Source of the DNA: Octopus sinensis
Taxonomy: Eukaryota
DNA: 64,000 nt
Direction of reading: 5' to 3'
Assembly: GCF_006345805.1 (NCBI RefSeq)
Contig: NC_043001.1
Coordinates: 49,600,001 to 49,664,000, forward strand
In this document: in pieces, positions 1-14,277 of the stretch
Layout: each line of letters opens with the position of its first letter
Numbering within the stretch: position 1 is the first letter of the stretch
Notes under the pieces: model-generated
What the model saw: the letters and a program-made list of their open reading frames with translations, nothing else
Database searches by the model: none
Told to the model about the DNA's origin: nothing
Position numbers and translations under genes: made by a program

Positions 1-653
1 CACAAATATATATACACATATATACGACAGGCTTCTTTCAGCTTCCGTCTATTAAATCCACTCACAAGGATTTGGTAGGCCTGAGAATATAGTAGAAGCC
101 ACTTGCCCAAAGTACCATGCAGAGAGGCTGGACCCCGAACCATGTGGTTGGAAAGCAAGCTTCTTACCACACAGCCATGCCTGCCCCTTTATATATATAC
201 ATATGTATATATATATATAATCTACTTACTCATATCAATTTATAATGACTCTCTACCTGCCAAGGACAAATATTGTTTGTCAAGAGACTTAACCTAGCTT
301 TCTGAAAGCCCTAGCGATTATTTTCTCATATATTTACTTATACTCCTGATTACCGGTTTTACTGCAGCAGTCACTATTGTCGCAACGTTATAAATGAAGA
401 CGTGATAAATTGTTTGTCCAAACATGGTTAAGTTTAACCTCAGCCATTAAACTTACGTTGTTGTAAAGATTCAATTTATTCTGGAAAAACTACTAAAAGC
501 TCTTAGAAAAAATCGAATCTTTTTACTTGTGTTATTTCATCGAAACGATTTGTACGTAAGTATGTACATACGTACGTACGTACGTACGTATGTATGTATG
601 TATGTATGTATGTATGTATGTATGTATGTATGTATGTATGTATGTATGTATGT

Positions 654-1201
654 TTATGTCAGGTCACTTTCGTGTGCTACTGGTAACATGTAACCCAGTA
701 CAACCTGTTGAATGGTCGGGTCGTCGGCGAGTAAACCGGCAACCCCACCAAGTTTGCTTGGTGAGGAGGGTGTTTATTGGACACCCTGCGGGATGAAAAA
801 CGAAACCCGTCAAAGGGCGGAGGAACTCTTGAGAGTCAACGGCCATCCATAAATGTCTTAACGCTGTATCATGCGTGGGGACATAGAAATAATCGGTCTG
901 AATACCCGATCGCGCGGTTAAACCATTGGGAGTGAAGGACTCCTAGCCTTTGTTAGGGCATCCTTCTAGGAGAGGTAACTCAGGTAACTGGGATGACTCC
1001 GACATAAAACCTGCGGCTCAGTGGTTACCGATGATGTTGACTTGTTCTTGTTTTCGGATTATGGCTGCTGTTGCTTAGTGAGTGGGATTGACTCAGTCTT
1101 TCCTCACTTTAAAAAAAATCTTCTTGCACAGGCATTGCACGATAACAACATTGATTAACCTTCGTGCAATGGCCATACTCGATAACGAGGGCGCAGCCTC
1201 C
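654..1201. mobile_element. Unclassified ~550-bp interspersed element in (ATGT)n, copy 1
   Basis: Same sequence recurs at 1342-1890, 28017-28574 and 33009-33567. Confidence 0.8.
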
Positions 1202-1341
1202 ATGTATGTATGTATGTATGTATGTATGTATTATGTATGTATGTATGTATGTATGTATGTATGTATGTATGTATGCATGCATGCATGCATGCATGCATGT
1301 ATGTATGTATGTAATGTATGTATGTATGTATGTATGTATGT

Positions 1342-1890
1342 TTATGTCAGGTCACTTTCGTGTGCTACTGGTAACATGTAACCCAGTACAACCTGTTGAA
1401 TGGTCGGGTCGTCGGCGAGTAAACCGGCAACCCCACCAAGTTTGCTTGGTGAGGAGGGTGTTTATTGGACACCCTGCGGGATGAAAAACGAAACCCGTCA
1501 AAGGGCGGAGGAACTCTTGAGAGTCAACGGCCATCCAATAAATGTCTTAACGCTGTATCATGCGTGGGGACATAGAAATAATCGGTCTGAATACCCGATC
1601 GCGCGGTTAAACCATTGGGAGTGAAGGACTCCTAGCCTTTGTTAGGGCATCCTTCTAGGAGAGGTAACTCAGGTAACTGGGATGACTCCGACATAAAACC
1701 TGCGGCTCAGTGGTTACCGATGATGTTGACTTGTTCTTGTTTTCGGATTATGGCTGCTGTTGCTTAGTGAGTGGGATTGACTCAGTCTTTCCTCACTTTA
1801 AAAAAAATCTTCTTGCACAGGCATTGCACGATAACAACATTGATTAACCTTCGTGCAATGGCCATACTCGATAACGAGGGCGCAGCCTCC
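1342..1890. mobile_element. Same ~550-bp element, copy 2 (tandem)
   Basis: Essentially identical to copy 1 at a 688-689 bp offset. Confidence 0.8.
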
Positions 1891-2315
1891 ATGTATGTAT
1901 GTATGTATGTATGTATGTATGTATGTATGTATGTATGTATGTATGTATGTATGTATGTATGTATGCATGCATGCATGCATGCATGCATGTATGTATGTAT
2001 GTATGTATGTATGTATGTATGTATGTATGTACGTTCTCTTTTTTAAATTTTGGAGTAAATTTTGACCGGCAGCAAAGTTGTGAAGAAAAGTAGCTTCTTC
2101 AACCATCATCCTTTAAATCTTAAGAAGGTCTTGCAGATTTTTATAGTTCCATATATATTTTTATGTAAATTATTATTTAGTTTTATTTCAAGGTTTTAAT
2201 TACCAATAGAGAAAGAGCCGGTTTCTAAAATAGATCCAAGTCTCATTCATTGGAATTTCAAAAACATCAACAAGTTATGTATGTATATATGTTTGTATGT
2301 ATGTATGTATGTATG

Positions 2316-2349
<34 letters not shown>

Positions 2350-5133
2350 TGTATGTATGTATGTATGTACGTACGTACATATGTTTGTGTATGTGTAGAT
2401 TTGTATGTTTTGTTTTATGCATGTATTCTCATACATATAGTTATATATCTAGAATGCTCATATATATTTGAATGGCAAACTTCTGGAAAGTTTTACAGAT
2501 TTTTACAATTCCAGTGATGGCTTGGGTCTCAAATCTTTGAATCAGCTTTCTCCTTTCTAGTTTTGAGAAGCCTAGTTTCTCAAGATTGGTATTTAAGCAG
2601 TGTACGTATGTATGTATGTATGTATGTATGTATGTATGTATGTATGTATGTATGTATGTATGTATGTATGTATGTATGTCATTATTCAGTTTTATTTCAA
2701 GATTTCTTGCCAATAGAGAAAGAACCGGTTCCTAACCTAGATCTAAGACTCCTTCATTGGAATTTCAACAACATCAACAAGGTACTTTTGTATGAGTGTA
2801 TATGTGCAGATGTGTACGATGCATGTATGTACGTATTTATGTATGCATATCTTACCTCTCTTTTTCTCTCTCTATTGCACATCTAAACCTGGGTGTGTTG
2901 TTTAGAACATCATAGACTGCGGTAAACGCCTTGAGAAATCAACTCGTATAGACGTTTGGTGCTAGAAAAAGCACATATATCATCAGACGAATATTTCATC
3001 AGCACCCGGTGACACAACTGGTTTACCATGTAATCTCAGCATAAATTGTCCATCAGCAACAGGCATTCAAGTACCGAATGTCTGATCGAAGATCCGTCAA
3101 TCTTATAGTTAATACTGACTAAACAGCTAGCGGGCAGTGTACAAATTTGCTATTAGCGATGGAAGTAGCTTTTATGAGGGATATTAATTTGAACGCACAG
3201 CTTCATTTGGATGTGTTGTTAAGAACGCCGTAGACTGCGATAATTGTCCTGCGAAATAAGCTCGTATGGACATTAAGTGCTAAAAAGCTTGACGTGCAAA
3301 TTAATATTCGTTACAAAGGTTGCTTCCGTCACTAATAGTTAATTTATCCACAAACTGCCTGCTTTTTTGTAATATCACTGGAATCTTTTCTGTTTGGCTT
3401 TCATTTTTTCAATTCCTTTAATTTTGTTTCAATTCGTGTCAGGTTTAGTTTATTTGTGTAGTTTTGTATGCTAATTAAGGAAATGAAATTCATTTTTGCC
3501 ATAGATTAATAAATAAAAAAAGTTAATAGTTTTTAAAGTTAGTAAATTTGGGGTAATTTTAGCCAACCGTAAACCACAGACACATTGGTGCCTGGTTTCA
3601 TCCTAACAAGCTAAGTTGTTGCCTGTTTTAAACAACTACCACTACTTACCTAATATATTACCCTAACTCTAACCCTTGTGTCTCTCAAACTTTCGCTTTT
3701 GAATTTTCGCAATTAATTGTTTACATTAACTGAACTACAGTTGTATAACGTACAGTTTTTTGTTTGTTTTTTTTATAATTTTTCGCAAAAAAATTCTTTG
3801 AAGATTTTTCCTTTGCTTATTCCAAGTTTTACTTGACTTTATTCATTTAAACTTCAAAACTTCTCACAACTTTCGTCGCCGTAATATATTGTTTCCATTT
3901 TGTTTAATAAAAGTTATCACGCAGAAAATGCCAGCTTCCAAATTCTGTTTTCTGATTGAGTAAAGATAATCAAACTTTAAACCGCTGTAACATTTTTCTA
4001 TATATTCTCTGGAATAAGTGAATAACAACTTCAGATTCAGCATGAAAAATTACATCATTATACCAAATTTTAAAATTTTCATTTAATTTTAAAATTTCAA
4101 AAGTTGAAAGTCAAACAGAAATGTCACTGTCTGTTTAGTTTGTGTTAAACTATATCGGTTTGACGGATTTTCGATCTGGCATTCGGTGCTTGGGTGCCTG
4201 TTGCTAATGATGCGCGATTTACGCTGAAATCACTTGATACAACAGTCCTATCGCCAGGTGCTGACGAAACTTTCGTTTGACAATATAATCTGTGCTTTTT
4301 TAAGGCATCTAACATCTATACGAAATGATTGCTCAGGACGATGAAAGTAGTCTATACAGTTCTTATCAACACATCCAGATTAAGCTAGATGTGGAAATTA
4401 ATACATACATACATACATACATGCATACATGCATACATACAAAATTTCACTGGTTTAATCTCCATTACATTAAAAGAAAATGTTATGAATTGTAATAGGT
4501 AAAAAAATATAGTTATAGTTGTATAGTTAATTTATTTGCATCATAATTTGTTTTTAAGATATAAACACTAATATTTTTAAAAAACACAATAGAAGACTCA
4601 AAAACCTACATACGTTTCGATTCTAGCCCCTTAGTAATGCATAACTCAAAACATTTGAGTTAAATCCAATGTTAAGAATTTAAGTTGTAAGGGTAGAATC
4701 TCTTCAGGGTTTTTATTTTAATAATATCGAAGGTAGTTGCATGGTTAACGCTCACGTTTATAATACATAAGCATTTGAATTAGTCTTTTTACAATCCAGC
4801 AATTCTTTCACGCGGAATTTTGCCTATCTACACACCAATTGCCCTGATGTGACATATATATAAGGGAATTGAATTGTTTATCTATCAAAAAATGTATATA
4901 AGTCGAAACAAATTGTTGGCTTTTTGGTTTTTTAAATAATTGCTTATTTCATATTATATTGCATTCATAGTATATTGTGTTATATTATAATATAAATAAA
5001 TTATTGGATTGTCTCTATCTAATTCATTGTTTGTAATTTGCATTAAACCCATATTTATGTGGTATTCAACCGACGTACCAGTGAATTGGATGATTTACAC
5101 ACTACTTTGAAGGAATTTTTTACCTTGGTTTGT

Positions 5134-5173
<40 letters not shown>

Positions 5174-5179
<6 letters not shown>

Positions 5180-5417
5180 CAAAATAAGAAAATGGAGAAA
5201 TACATCGAAATCAAATATCAATTACCAGATAATACTCAATCACATACTTTATTAAACCACCACATAAGAAACTATAAGGTTAAACATATTGTTCTACATC
5301 ATTATGTTTAACCTTATAGTTTCTTATGTGGTGGTTTAATAAAGTATGTTATTGAGTATTATCTGGTAATTGACATTTGATTTCGATGTATTTCTCCATT
5401 TTCTTATTTTGTATTAT
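5174..5417. repeat. Inverted repeat, 115-bp arms, 14-bp spacer
   Basis: Arms 5174-5288 and 5303-5417, two mismatches, next to (TA)n. Confidence 0.9.
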
Positions 5418-5583
5418 GAATTTGTGGTAAATCACTTTACCTTTGCCCATATAATACAGTAAATGAAATAATTGCATCGCAATTCTTAACATTTATGTAT
5501 CAACTTTGTTGGGTACTTCACTGGCAGTATATTGGATATATGTTATCCCATGGAGGGTTGTATTTACAACCCCTATCTCAATT

Positions 5584-5627
<44 letters not shown>

Positions 5628-6490
5628 AAAACACATGCATACACATACATACATACATACATACATACATACATACATACATACATACATACATACATAC
5701 ATACATACATACATACATACATACATACATACATACATACATACATACATACATACATACATACAACTTATATGTACTTCTTTCATTATTCTTAATTGGT
5801 AGAAAGTTACATGTAACGTGCTTGTAACTTGTAACTTAAAATATATATCGTTTATAGAGTAAGCGTTGTGAAATGTGCTTATTTCTTGCGATTTCCTGAT
5901 AAAAACCACTTTCCTATTTACTATCTACTCAAATATTATCCATAAAATTAATGATTTACCCACTTACAACAACCCAAAATTAATGAATATTCTGAAAAAA
6001 AAAATTATAAAAAAGCTAATAAAAGCCATAAACTTTCTTTCGTGATTTATACGGTGTAATATTTGCTATAAATGGCACTTGAATATAGCAAGCTAAACTT
6101 TAAGTACTTGCTCGTACTTAATGCAACTCCAACGTGTCTACACAGAGCCGAGTTTGGTGCGACGTTTCAATTAATGACAGGATGATGATTACATTCTTAC
6201 ATACCATAAATTTACTTATTGTTTTAGTAGCAGAGTACCTTAGCTTCCGGGCTCTTGTCTGTCTGATATTTTCATGTTTTATTCCATTTTTTAAGACGTC
6301 ATTGTTACTTCTACCACAGTGTTAGGTCGGATCTCTTATGTATGAATTACTGATTTATCTAGTTTAATCTAGTTTACTGATTTATCTAGTTTAAATCGGT
6401 TGATCACAGCTAATCTAGGACATCTGGATAGAATATAACATATTATTTCAGGAAACTGCATTCATAGATGACATTTCCATTTGTTTTACG

Positions 6491-6541
<51 letters not shown>

Positions 6542-7149
6542 ATATATATAGTCTATTCATATAGACTATGTTGTCTATTCAACAGAGATGCTTCTACCTG
6601 TCTGTGAAATGGCGGTTGTTTTTTGCAATGGCATTTGAAGTAGATCTTTCATGTTTTCACAGCTTTACGTTGTTTTATCCTATGTACGAATGTTAAACGG
6701 TAAAAATCTTCCTTTCAATATTCCGGTTAGTCTAAAATAGCGGTGTGCCAGAAATTGTAGTACCGGACTAGATCACTTGAGTCATTATATTTCTGTTATT
6801 TTTTTAATGGTTTCTGTGCCCATTCTATCATTTTATTGGGTGCGGACGTGTGCATATTGTTTCGGATTTGTACAGTATACTTGTTCTCTGTTAGGCTGGA
6901 GGGAGTGATTTCAAGATTTGGCTACCATCTTTTTTCTTTTTTGCAGCTCCAGCCATCGGGCAGAGACTGTCTTTGCTATACTTCATGCACCTCTGACAAA
7001 CTATGAAGAAAGAAACAAATGACATACAAAAATGCTGCAATAAACACTATACTGAAACATACACTGCACGAAACAAACCCTTAAAAGAAACATGCTCGTT
7101 CCGCATAAAGAAAACAAGTGATCAAATGTTATATTTGATTGAAATTTAA

Positions 7150-8346
7150 TCAGCAATGTACTTTCCCTAATTATCTGACTTCCTTCCATTTATTTACAAG
7201 TTTTTTAATCCCATCAATGTAAAACTATTTTGGTTTCAAAGCGAAGAACTCTGAAATGTCAGTTTCAACCTCCTCCTGGCTTGCGAAAGTTATGTCCCCC
7301 AAACGATTCTGTAAACTACGAAACACATAATAGTCTGAAGGAGCAAGGTCGGGAGAATAAGGTTGAGGAATTTTTTCCCAACCAGGCTTTTCGATCTTCT
7401 GTGATGTGATCTTTGTAGTGTGGGGTCGCGCATTGTCCTGATGAAACATCACCCCTTTTCGATTCACTAAAGCGGATCTTTTTCCTTCAAAGCTTTGTTC
7501 AAACGCTCTAATTGCTGACAGTAGACTTGAGCATTGATTGTTGCATTAGGTGGTAACAATTCAAAGTGAATTACTCCTTTGCAGTCCCACCTGATAAAGA
7601 GAAAAATCTTTTTCCCATGAAGTTCCCTTCTCAGTTGTGGTTGAGTTTTCCCCCTTTTACCAAGTCACAGTTTACGACGTTTAACATTTCGATAGAAGAT
7701 CCATTTTTCGTCACCAGTCACAAGTCTATCCAAAAAGGGTGAAATGAGTTCGCGAGAATGGAGAGAAGAGCAGATGTCAATTCGGGATTTGCGGTGGCTT
7801 TCGGACAATTCATGAGGTGCCCATTTTCCAAGTTGAGGAACCTTTCCAAATTGTTGAAGATGACGGTGTATGGTTTGAACTAAGCTTTATTGCCAATTCT
7901 TCAACTGATAATGCAGGATTTTCTTCAAGTAATGCCTCAAGGAGCTTATCATCAAACTCAACTGGATGTCCTGTTCGATCTTCATCTTCAAGGCTGAAAT
8001 CTCCACTTCTGAATTTTGCAAACCATCTTCTGCAAGTTCTTTCATTCAAGCATTCTTTCCCATAAACTGAGTGTATGTTTCGAATCGCTTCGGCTGCAGA
8101 GTTTCCTTTTTTGTACTCATAAAGCATTATGTGCCTCAAATGCTCTTTGGATACTTCCATGTTAGAAAGGGTTTTAATCAAAGAAATTTTAATTCTATTA
8201 TTCTGTAAAATAATATTTAATTATTTTAAATGTACACAAACGCATAAAATAATTTTAAATTCCGTTAGACATTCTAAAATACTATTAAATTTCATTCAAT
8301 TTTAAAAAAGGTAAAATCGGACAGAACTTATGGGATGACCTGATAA
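7150..8346 (-). mobile_element. Degenerate mariner (Tc1/mariner) transposon
   Basis: MEVSKEHLRHIMLYEYKKG HTH region, HQDNARPH and PYSPDLAPSDY motifs; TIR-like end at ~8313-8346; frameshifts; second TIR not found. Confidence 0.9.
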
Positions 8347-8799
8347 TAGATTGTTTATTTGTTTGAACGATATTTCGACTGTTCGTCTGTCTTTTTCAAG
8401 TTCAAAATGTAAAATGAAGAAACACAGAATTTCAAAAATATATAAACGAGGAAATTCTGCGTTTCCACTTTGACAGAATGACATTATCAGTCATCAATTT
8501 TGCAACTTGCAAAAGGAAAAAAAAAAAAGGAAAAAAGAATATTTATTCGAAAAGTTTTGTGTAAATGTGATGGAATTCTCCTGAAATTATATTCATCCCT
8601 CCAGGGCGTAGTGTTAGTAATTCACAAGCATATTTGCTGTCATGCATTTTGAGGACTGGAAGTGTAGTATATTCAGAATATTTTCTGAGAATGTGCACTT
8701 TCAGGTGTTCCTCAAAGTGCAGCCAGCTGATGTAAAATGTTCGGCGAGTTTTGTAGAAGTGCTCTTGTGCCCGTTAAAGAGTTACGTCAAACTTTATCA

Positions 8800-8865
<66 letters not shown>

Positions 8866-9739
8866 CTTTGGGGTTTGAATAGTTCACCTCTGGAAACATG
8901 GGTGGTTCTTTCTACATCCTTAAACAACCCTTATTCAGGGACCTTATGAGCGGGATGGGCTACTCAACCTGAAGAAAATTCTAACTGGGCCCCACCTGCA
9001 AGGTCATGTGCTGTTTATCTTGATATGAGATCACCATGTCGCGCACATATGGTTGTGATGCATGTGCCTGGTGTACCTTTATCAGACGGGTAGTCATGAT
9101 GGGTATATTGGGCTTCGTATATTTTACCCCAGTGTCACTTTGATGGCATGCACTGTTCTCTCACTCAATAATAATAATAATAATAATAATATTATAATAA
9201 TAATAATGATAATGATAATAATATGTTCTGATGCAGTACCAGGCACTAGCTGTCTTGGCTTCTGATCTTAACTGATAGGAAGTGTTCTCATGTACATTGG
9301 GCTACAGCAGATATTCTGCTCAATACCACAGATTTGCTTGTCAGTTGATTGACCTTAACCAGTTAAGCATGTCCCTTAGTGGTTGACGATATGTGCACCT
9401 CTGATCACGAGCAGTAGTAGTGGAGGAGCATTATAGTCATGTGTTGAGAGGGATTCTTTGGGGTTTGGATAATTCACCTTTAGAAACATGAGTGTTTTGA
9501 TCATCATCCTTAAACAGCCCTTATTCAAGGACCTTTTGGGCGAAATGGGCTAATCGACCTGAAAAAAATTCTAACTGGGTCCCACTTGCAAGATCATGCG
9601 CTGATTATCTTGATATGAGATTACTAGGTCGCGCACATATGGTTGTGATGCATGTGCCTGGTGTAGTCATGATGGGTATACTGGACTTCGTATATTTTAC
9701 TCCAGTGTCACTTTGATGGCATGCACTGCTCTCTCACTC
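8866..9739. mobile_element. Two copies (partial 8866-9166, near-full 9223-9739) of an unclassified ~560-bp element in (AAT)n
   Basis: Matches 61040-61595; all copies end CTCTCTCACTC followed by (AAT)n. Confidence 0.75.
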
Positions 9740-9769
9740 AATAATAATAATTCTTTCTACTGGAAGCAC

Positions 9770-11620
9770 AAGGCCTTAAATTAGATGGAGGGAATTAGTC
9801 GATTACATCGACCCCATTCTTTCACTGATATTGAATTTATCGACCCCAAAACGATGAAAGGCAAAGTCGACCTCGACGGAATTTGAACTCAGAACGTAGC
9901 GGCAGACGAAATACCGCTAAGCATTTCGTCCGATGTGCTAATGATTCTGCCACATCGCCTCCTTAATAATGATAATAATAATAATTATTATAATGATGAT
10001 GATGATGGTGGTGGTGGTGGTGGTGGTGGTGGTGGTGGTGGTGGCTTCTTTATTTGCTACCAGAACGACAGATAAGGGGGAAAGATACGAAGATGGATAT
10101 AAAGCCTGGAGAGTTACATAGAATCGAATAATTAAGAAAGTATACAATGTGTAGAGAAAAAACATGATGATGATGATGATGATGATGCGATCTTCCTGAT
10201 ATAGGAGGACTTCCAGAGCAACATAAGAACCCTCCAGTTTTCGATTCACTCTGCTCACCAGGAGCAACAAAGTAAGTGTTCCACTCTCCTCCAAAATTTT
10301 CAGTCCACATGCGCATACTTAGAGCACGTTCATTCATTTGTGCCCTTCTCGCTACATTCATCCACCCTCTTAGAAATTTAATAGGTATAAGAGGGATTAG
10401 TACTTTCCCCTCCACTCTCACTTTTCTTACAAATGGAGCTTTAAAAAGTTGAATAATAATAAATTGGGATTTCAAATTTTAGCACCAGACAAGCAGTTTT
10501 AAGGGAGTTTGGGCGAGTTGATTACCTCAACCTCGGTGCTCAGCTGGTACTTATTTTATTAGTCACGAAAGAACGAAAAGCAAAGCTGACCTCGGCGACA
10601 TTTGAACTCAGAACGTTAAGCTGGAAGAAATGCCGCAAAACATTTTGCCCTTCATGTTAACGATCCTGCCTTTGAATAGCAATAAATAATACTTTCTATA
10701 ATTGGCGCACGACCTGAAATTTAGGGGAAGGGGGAAAGTCAATTACATTGATCCCAGTTCTCAACTGGTATGTAATTTATTGATCCCGAAATAATGAAAG
10801 ACAAAGTCGACCTCGGCGAAATTTGAACTCAGAACGTAAAAGCGGACGAAATACTGCTAAACACTTTGCCCGGCGAGCTAACGATTCTACCAGCTCACAG
10901 CCTTTGAACAGTGAATAAATAATCCTTTCTACTATAGACACAAGGCCTGAAATTTGGTGGCGGGGATAGTCGATTACATCGACCCCAGTGAGTAACTGGT
11001 ACTAATTAAAGCGACGAGCTGGCAGAAATGTTAGCACGCCGGGAGAAATGCTTAGCAGTATTTCGTCTGCCTCTACGTTCTGAGTTCAAATTCCGCCGAG
11101 GTCGACTTTGCCTTTCATCCTTTCGGGGTCGATTAAATAAGTACCAGTTACGCACTGGAGTCGATATAATCGACTTAATCCGTTTGTCTGTCCTTGTTTG
11201 TCCTCTCTGTGTTTATTCCCTTGTGGGTAGTAAAAAAATAGGTACTAATTTTATCAACCCCGAAATGATGAAAGGCAAAGTCGACCTCGGCGGAATTTGA
11301 ACTCAGAACGTAGCGACGGGCGAAATGCCGCTCAGCATTTCCCCAGCGTGCTAACGATTCTGCCAGCTCGCCACCTTTTAACCGTGAATAAATAATGATT
11401 ATAATTTCTTTTACTTATAAGCTAAGCATGAAACTTTGTGAAGAAGGCTTAATCGATTGCATTGGCCTCAATGTTCAATTAGTAATTATTTTATCGATCA
11501 TGATAGGAACAAAGGCAAAGTCGATTACAGCTGGATTTGAACATAGACCGTAACGAACTGGAAGGAATATCGCTTAGCAGTTTGTCCTGCGTGCTACCCA
11601 TTTTACCAAACTTTAGTAGG
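9770..11620. mobile_element. Cluster of about 6 tRNA-derived SINE copies
   Basis: Repeated GGCGAGCTGGCAGAATCGTTAGCA...CTGAGTTCAAATTCCGCCGAGGTCGACTTTGCC (A- and B-box-like), mostly on the - strand, separated by (AAT)n. Confidence 0.8.
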
Positions 11621-11914
11621 GCTTGTACTAAGTGAACAGAAAGGGGCCGATCTAAATTGCTCTGTACTATATCAAGTCAGCCTATATTGACTCAACAAAA
11701 AATATCTGCTAACAGCGTGTGTGGAAAGAATATAGGTTATCTCAATATACTGGTTTGCCATACCCACTACCTTTGTGTCTCGCTCTCTTTATTTGATTAT
11801 TTATTTTTATGCTTTTTTTTTCCTTTTTTTCCCCAGCATATTATAACCGTATGTGGGTGTTGGATATGTGAAATGCAGAGGGATGTGTGTTTATAGACAT
11901 GTGAAAGAAAAGAA

Positions 11915-12421
11915 ACTAGTGCGTGCGTGTGCGTGTCCGTGTGCGTGTGCGTGTGTATACACACAAACACGCACACGCACGCACACGCACGCACACGCAG
12001 TGGGGGGAAGGTAGAGTGAAGTGGGAGAGATTGAGGGGTGGAGAAGAAAAAGGAAAATGTGACATTTGTAAGTGGTTAGCGAGAGTAGTTTAGACTGAAT
12101 ATTTTTTTTCTTTTTTGCATTGTCATCATCATCGTTGTCGTTGTCATCATCATCATCATCGTTATCACAATTGTCGCTTTTATCAGCTATTTTAACCTTG
12201 TCATTGTGTGAGAACACACGATCGCGCGCTTGCACACATACGCGCATATATATAGTTGTGTGTGTATGTGCGTGTGTGCGTGGGTATGTTTATGTGCGCC
12301 TGTGCAATACAGGAGGGAGAGAGGGGGGAGAGAGAGGGGGAGAGAAGGAGAGAGAGGGAGAGAGGAAGAGAGAAGGAGAGGGAGGGAGAAAAAGTCTGTT
12401 TGGTTTGTGTGTATATCTATG

Positions 12422-12499
<78 letters not shown>

Positions 12500-12794
12500 C
12501 GTTTGTGCATGTGTGCATGATGGTAGCATAGAAACTTGCATTTCGATGTTTTATCAGAACGGTGGTAGTGGGAGGGGGTGGGCAGCGAAAGGAGATAGAA
12601 AAGCATTGTAGTGGTAAGGATGGTGGTGGAGGCGTCGATCTTGGTGGTGGTTGTTGGCGTGCGAGGGTGGTTTTTTCCCCTGGTGACAACAGTAGTGATA
12701 TGAGTGAGTTTGGTGGTGGTGGTGGTGGTGGTGGGAGTTTCTATTTGTGTGTTTGTGTGGTGATTGTTTGTACGGTCATTGCATAAATACATAT

Positions 12795-12831
<37 letters not shown>

Positions 12832-12844
12832 ATACACACACGCG

Positions 12845-12890
<46 letters not shown>
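11915..12890. repeat. Compound microsatellite block upstream of GST gene 1
   Basis: (GT/GC)n, (CAT)n, (GA)n, (AGAC)n, (AGAT)n, (GGT)n, (CA)n, (CG)4 and (TA)n in succession. Confidence 0.9.
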
Positions 12891-12892
<2 letters not shown>

Positions 12893-13086
12893 CAGAGACT
12901 GCTGCTTAGTTTCATCAACCATTTAACGTCATTCAGTCATTTGTGCGTCTTCATTCGTGATTGCTTGTTTCAAGAGGCAGCAGTCTAGCTGACATTAAAC
13001 TTTAAAGAACTATCCATCCCTTATATGTTTCTTTGAAAGCCTTTGGCTTTTTAAACCTGTTCTTGAATAATATTATCATATAAACC

Positions 13087-13219
13087 ATGACAAAATACGA
13101 ATTGAAATACTTCAACGTTAGAGGCCGTGGAGAAATCATACGGATTACTTTAGCGGCCGCTGAACAGAAATTTAAAGATACGAGATATGAATTTCAAGAC
13201 TGGTCCAGCCACAAGCAAG
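13087..13219 (+). CDS. Sigma-class glutathione S-transferase gene 1, coding exon 1
   Basis: ATG at 13087 gives MTKYELKYFNVRGRGEIIRITLAAAEQKFKDTRYEFQDWSSHKQ, with the GST N-terminal catalytic-Tyr motif Y-F-x-x-R-G-R-x-E. 133 nt, ends at AAG|GTAAGT (phase 1). Confidence 0.95.
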
Positions 13220-13529
13220 GTAAGTAGACACGCTAATCCTTAACCCTTTTGTTACCATATTCCTGTTGAGATGCTTTGTGTTTCTTTCAATTGATTTTAA
13301 ATATAACTAAGAATTTAGTAAAATAACATAGCTATAATTAAGCTAGTGTTAGGAACATAAATTGTGACTAAAGTTTGGTGGAAGATTTTAATTACAAACT
13401 TACGAAAACAAGACATTTATACTAGAGAGGCAGAGGCGGTTTCGGCCGGGTTGGTATCAAAAGGGGGCATAATATAGTCGGTTTTGTTGCAAAAACGTAT
13501 CTTTTATTTTTTACACCTTATATTTTATT

Positions 13530-13740
13530 TGTTTCAGTCATTAGACTGCGGCCTATGCTGGGACACTCCCTTGAAGAATTTTTTTTAGTCGAATGAATCG
13601 ACCTCAGTACTTATTCTTTTGTTAAGCCGGGTATTTGATACTTATCCTATCGGTCTCTTTGGCCGAGCCACTAAGTTACTGGGGCGTAAACACACCAACA
13701 CCGGTTATCAAGCGGTAGGGGGTTAAAGACACATACACAC

Positions 13741-13833
<93 letters not shown>

Positions 13834-14205
13834 AACTCTCTTTTACTTGCTTCAGTCATTTGACTGTGGCCATGCTGGAAGACCGCCTTTAGTCGAGCAA
13901 ATCGACCCCAGGACTTATTCTTTGCAAGCCTAGTACTTATTCTATCGGTCTCTTTTGCCGAACCGCTAAGTTACGGGGACGTATATACACCAGCATCGGT
14001 TGTCAAGCGATGTTGGGGGGGACAAACACAGACACACACACAAACATATATATATATATACATATATACGACGGACTTCTTTCAGTTTCCGTCTACCAAA
14101 TCTACTCACAAGGCTTTGGTCGGCCCGAGACTATAGTAGAAGACACTTGTGGGACTGAACCCGGAACAATGTGGTTCGTAAGCAATATACTTACAACACA
14201 ACCAC
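13530..14205. mobile_element. SINE-family fragments in GST intron 1
   Basis: GTTTCAGTCATT(T/A)GACTG(C/T)GGCC... units and TCAGTTTCCGTCTACCAAAT... unit recur at 22-185, ~25105-25220 and ~58480-58670. Confidence 0.65.
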
Positions 14206-14206
14206 T

Positions 14207-14265
<59 letters not shown>

Positions 14266-14277
14266 ATATATATATTG

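Noticed and set aside
590-2886. ORFs such as MYVCMYVC... and HTYIHTYI...
   Set aside because: Translations of (ATGT)n microsatellites; the same applies to similar ORFs at 5493-5909, 24321-24842, 45428-45859 and 57697-59178.
2885-3290. Diverged ~80-bp direct repeat (2890-2970 vs 3205-3290)
   Set aside because: Low identity, no TSD or TG...CA ends; cannot be called LTRs.
6560-6720. Possible GIY-YIG remnant on the - strand (SYIG...KHER)
   Set aside because: Multiple stops and only a partial motif.
8642-8949. Poly-Asn, poly-Ile and poly-Leu ORFs
   Set aside because: Translations of (AAT)n; also at 41760-42111 and 60843-61082.
12900-13086. Antioxidant-response or TATA elements upstream of GST gene 1
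   Set aside because: No clear TGACnnnGC found; TATA-like words are uninformative in AT-rich DNA and the TSS is unknown.
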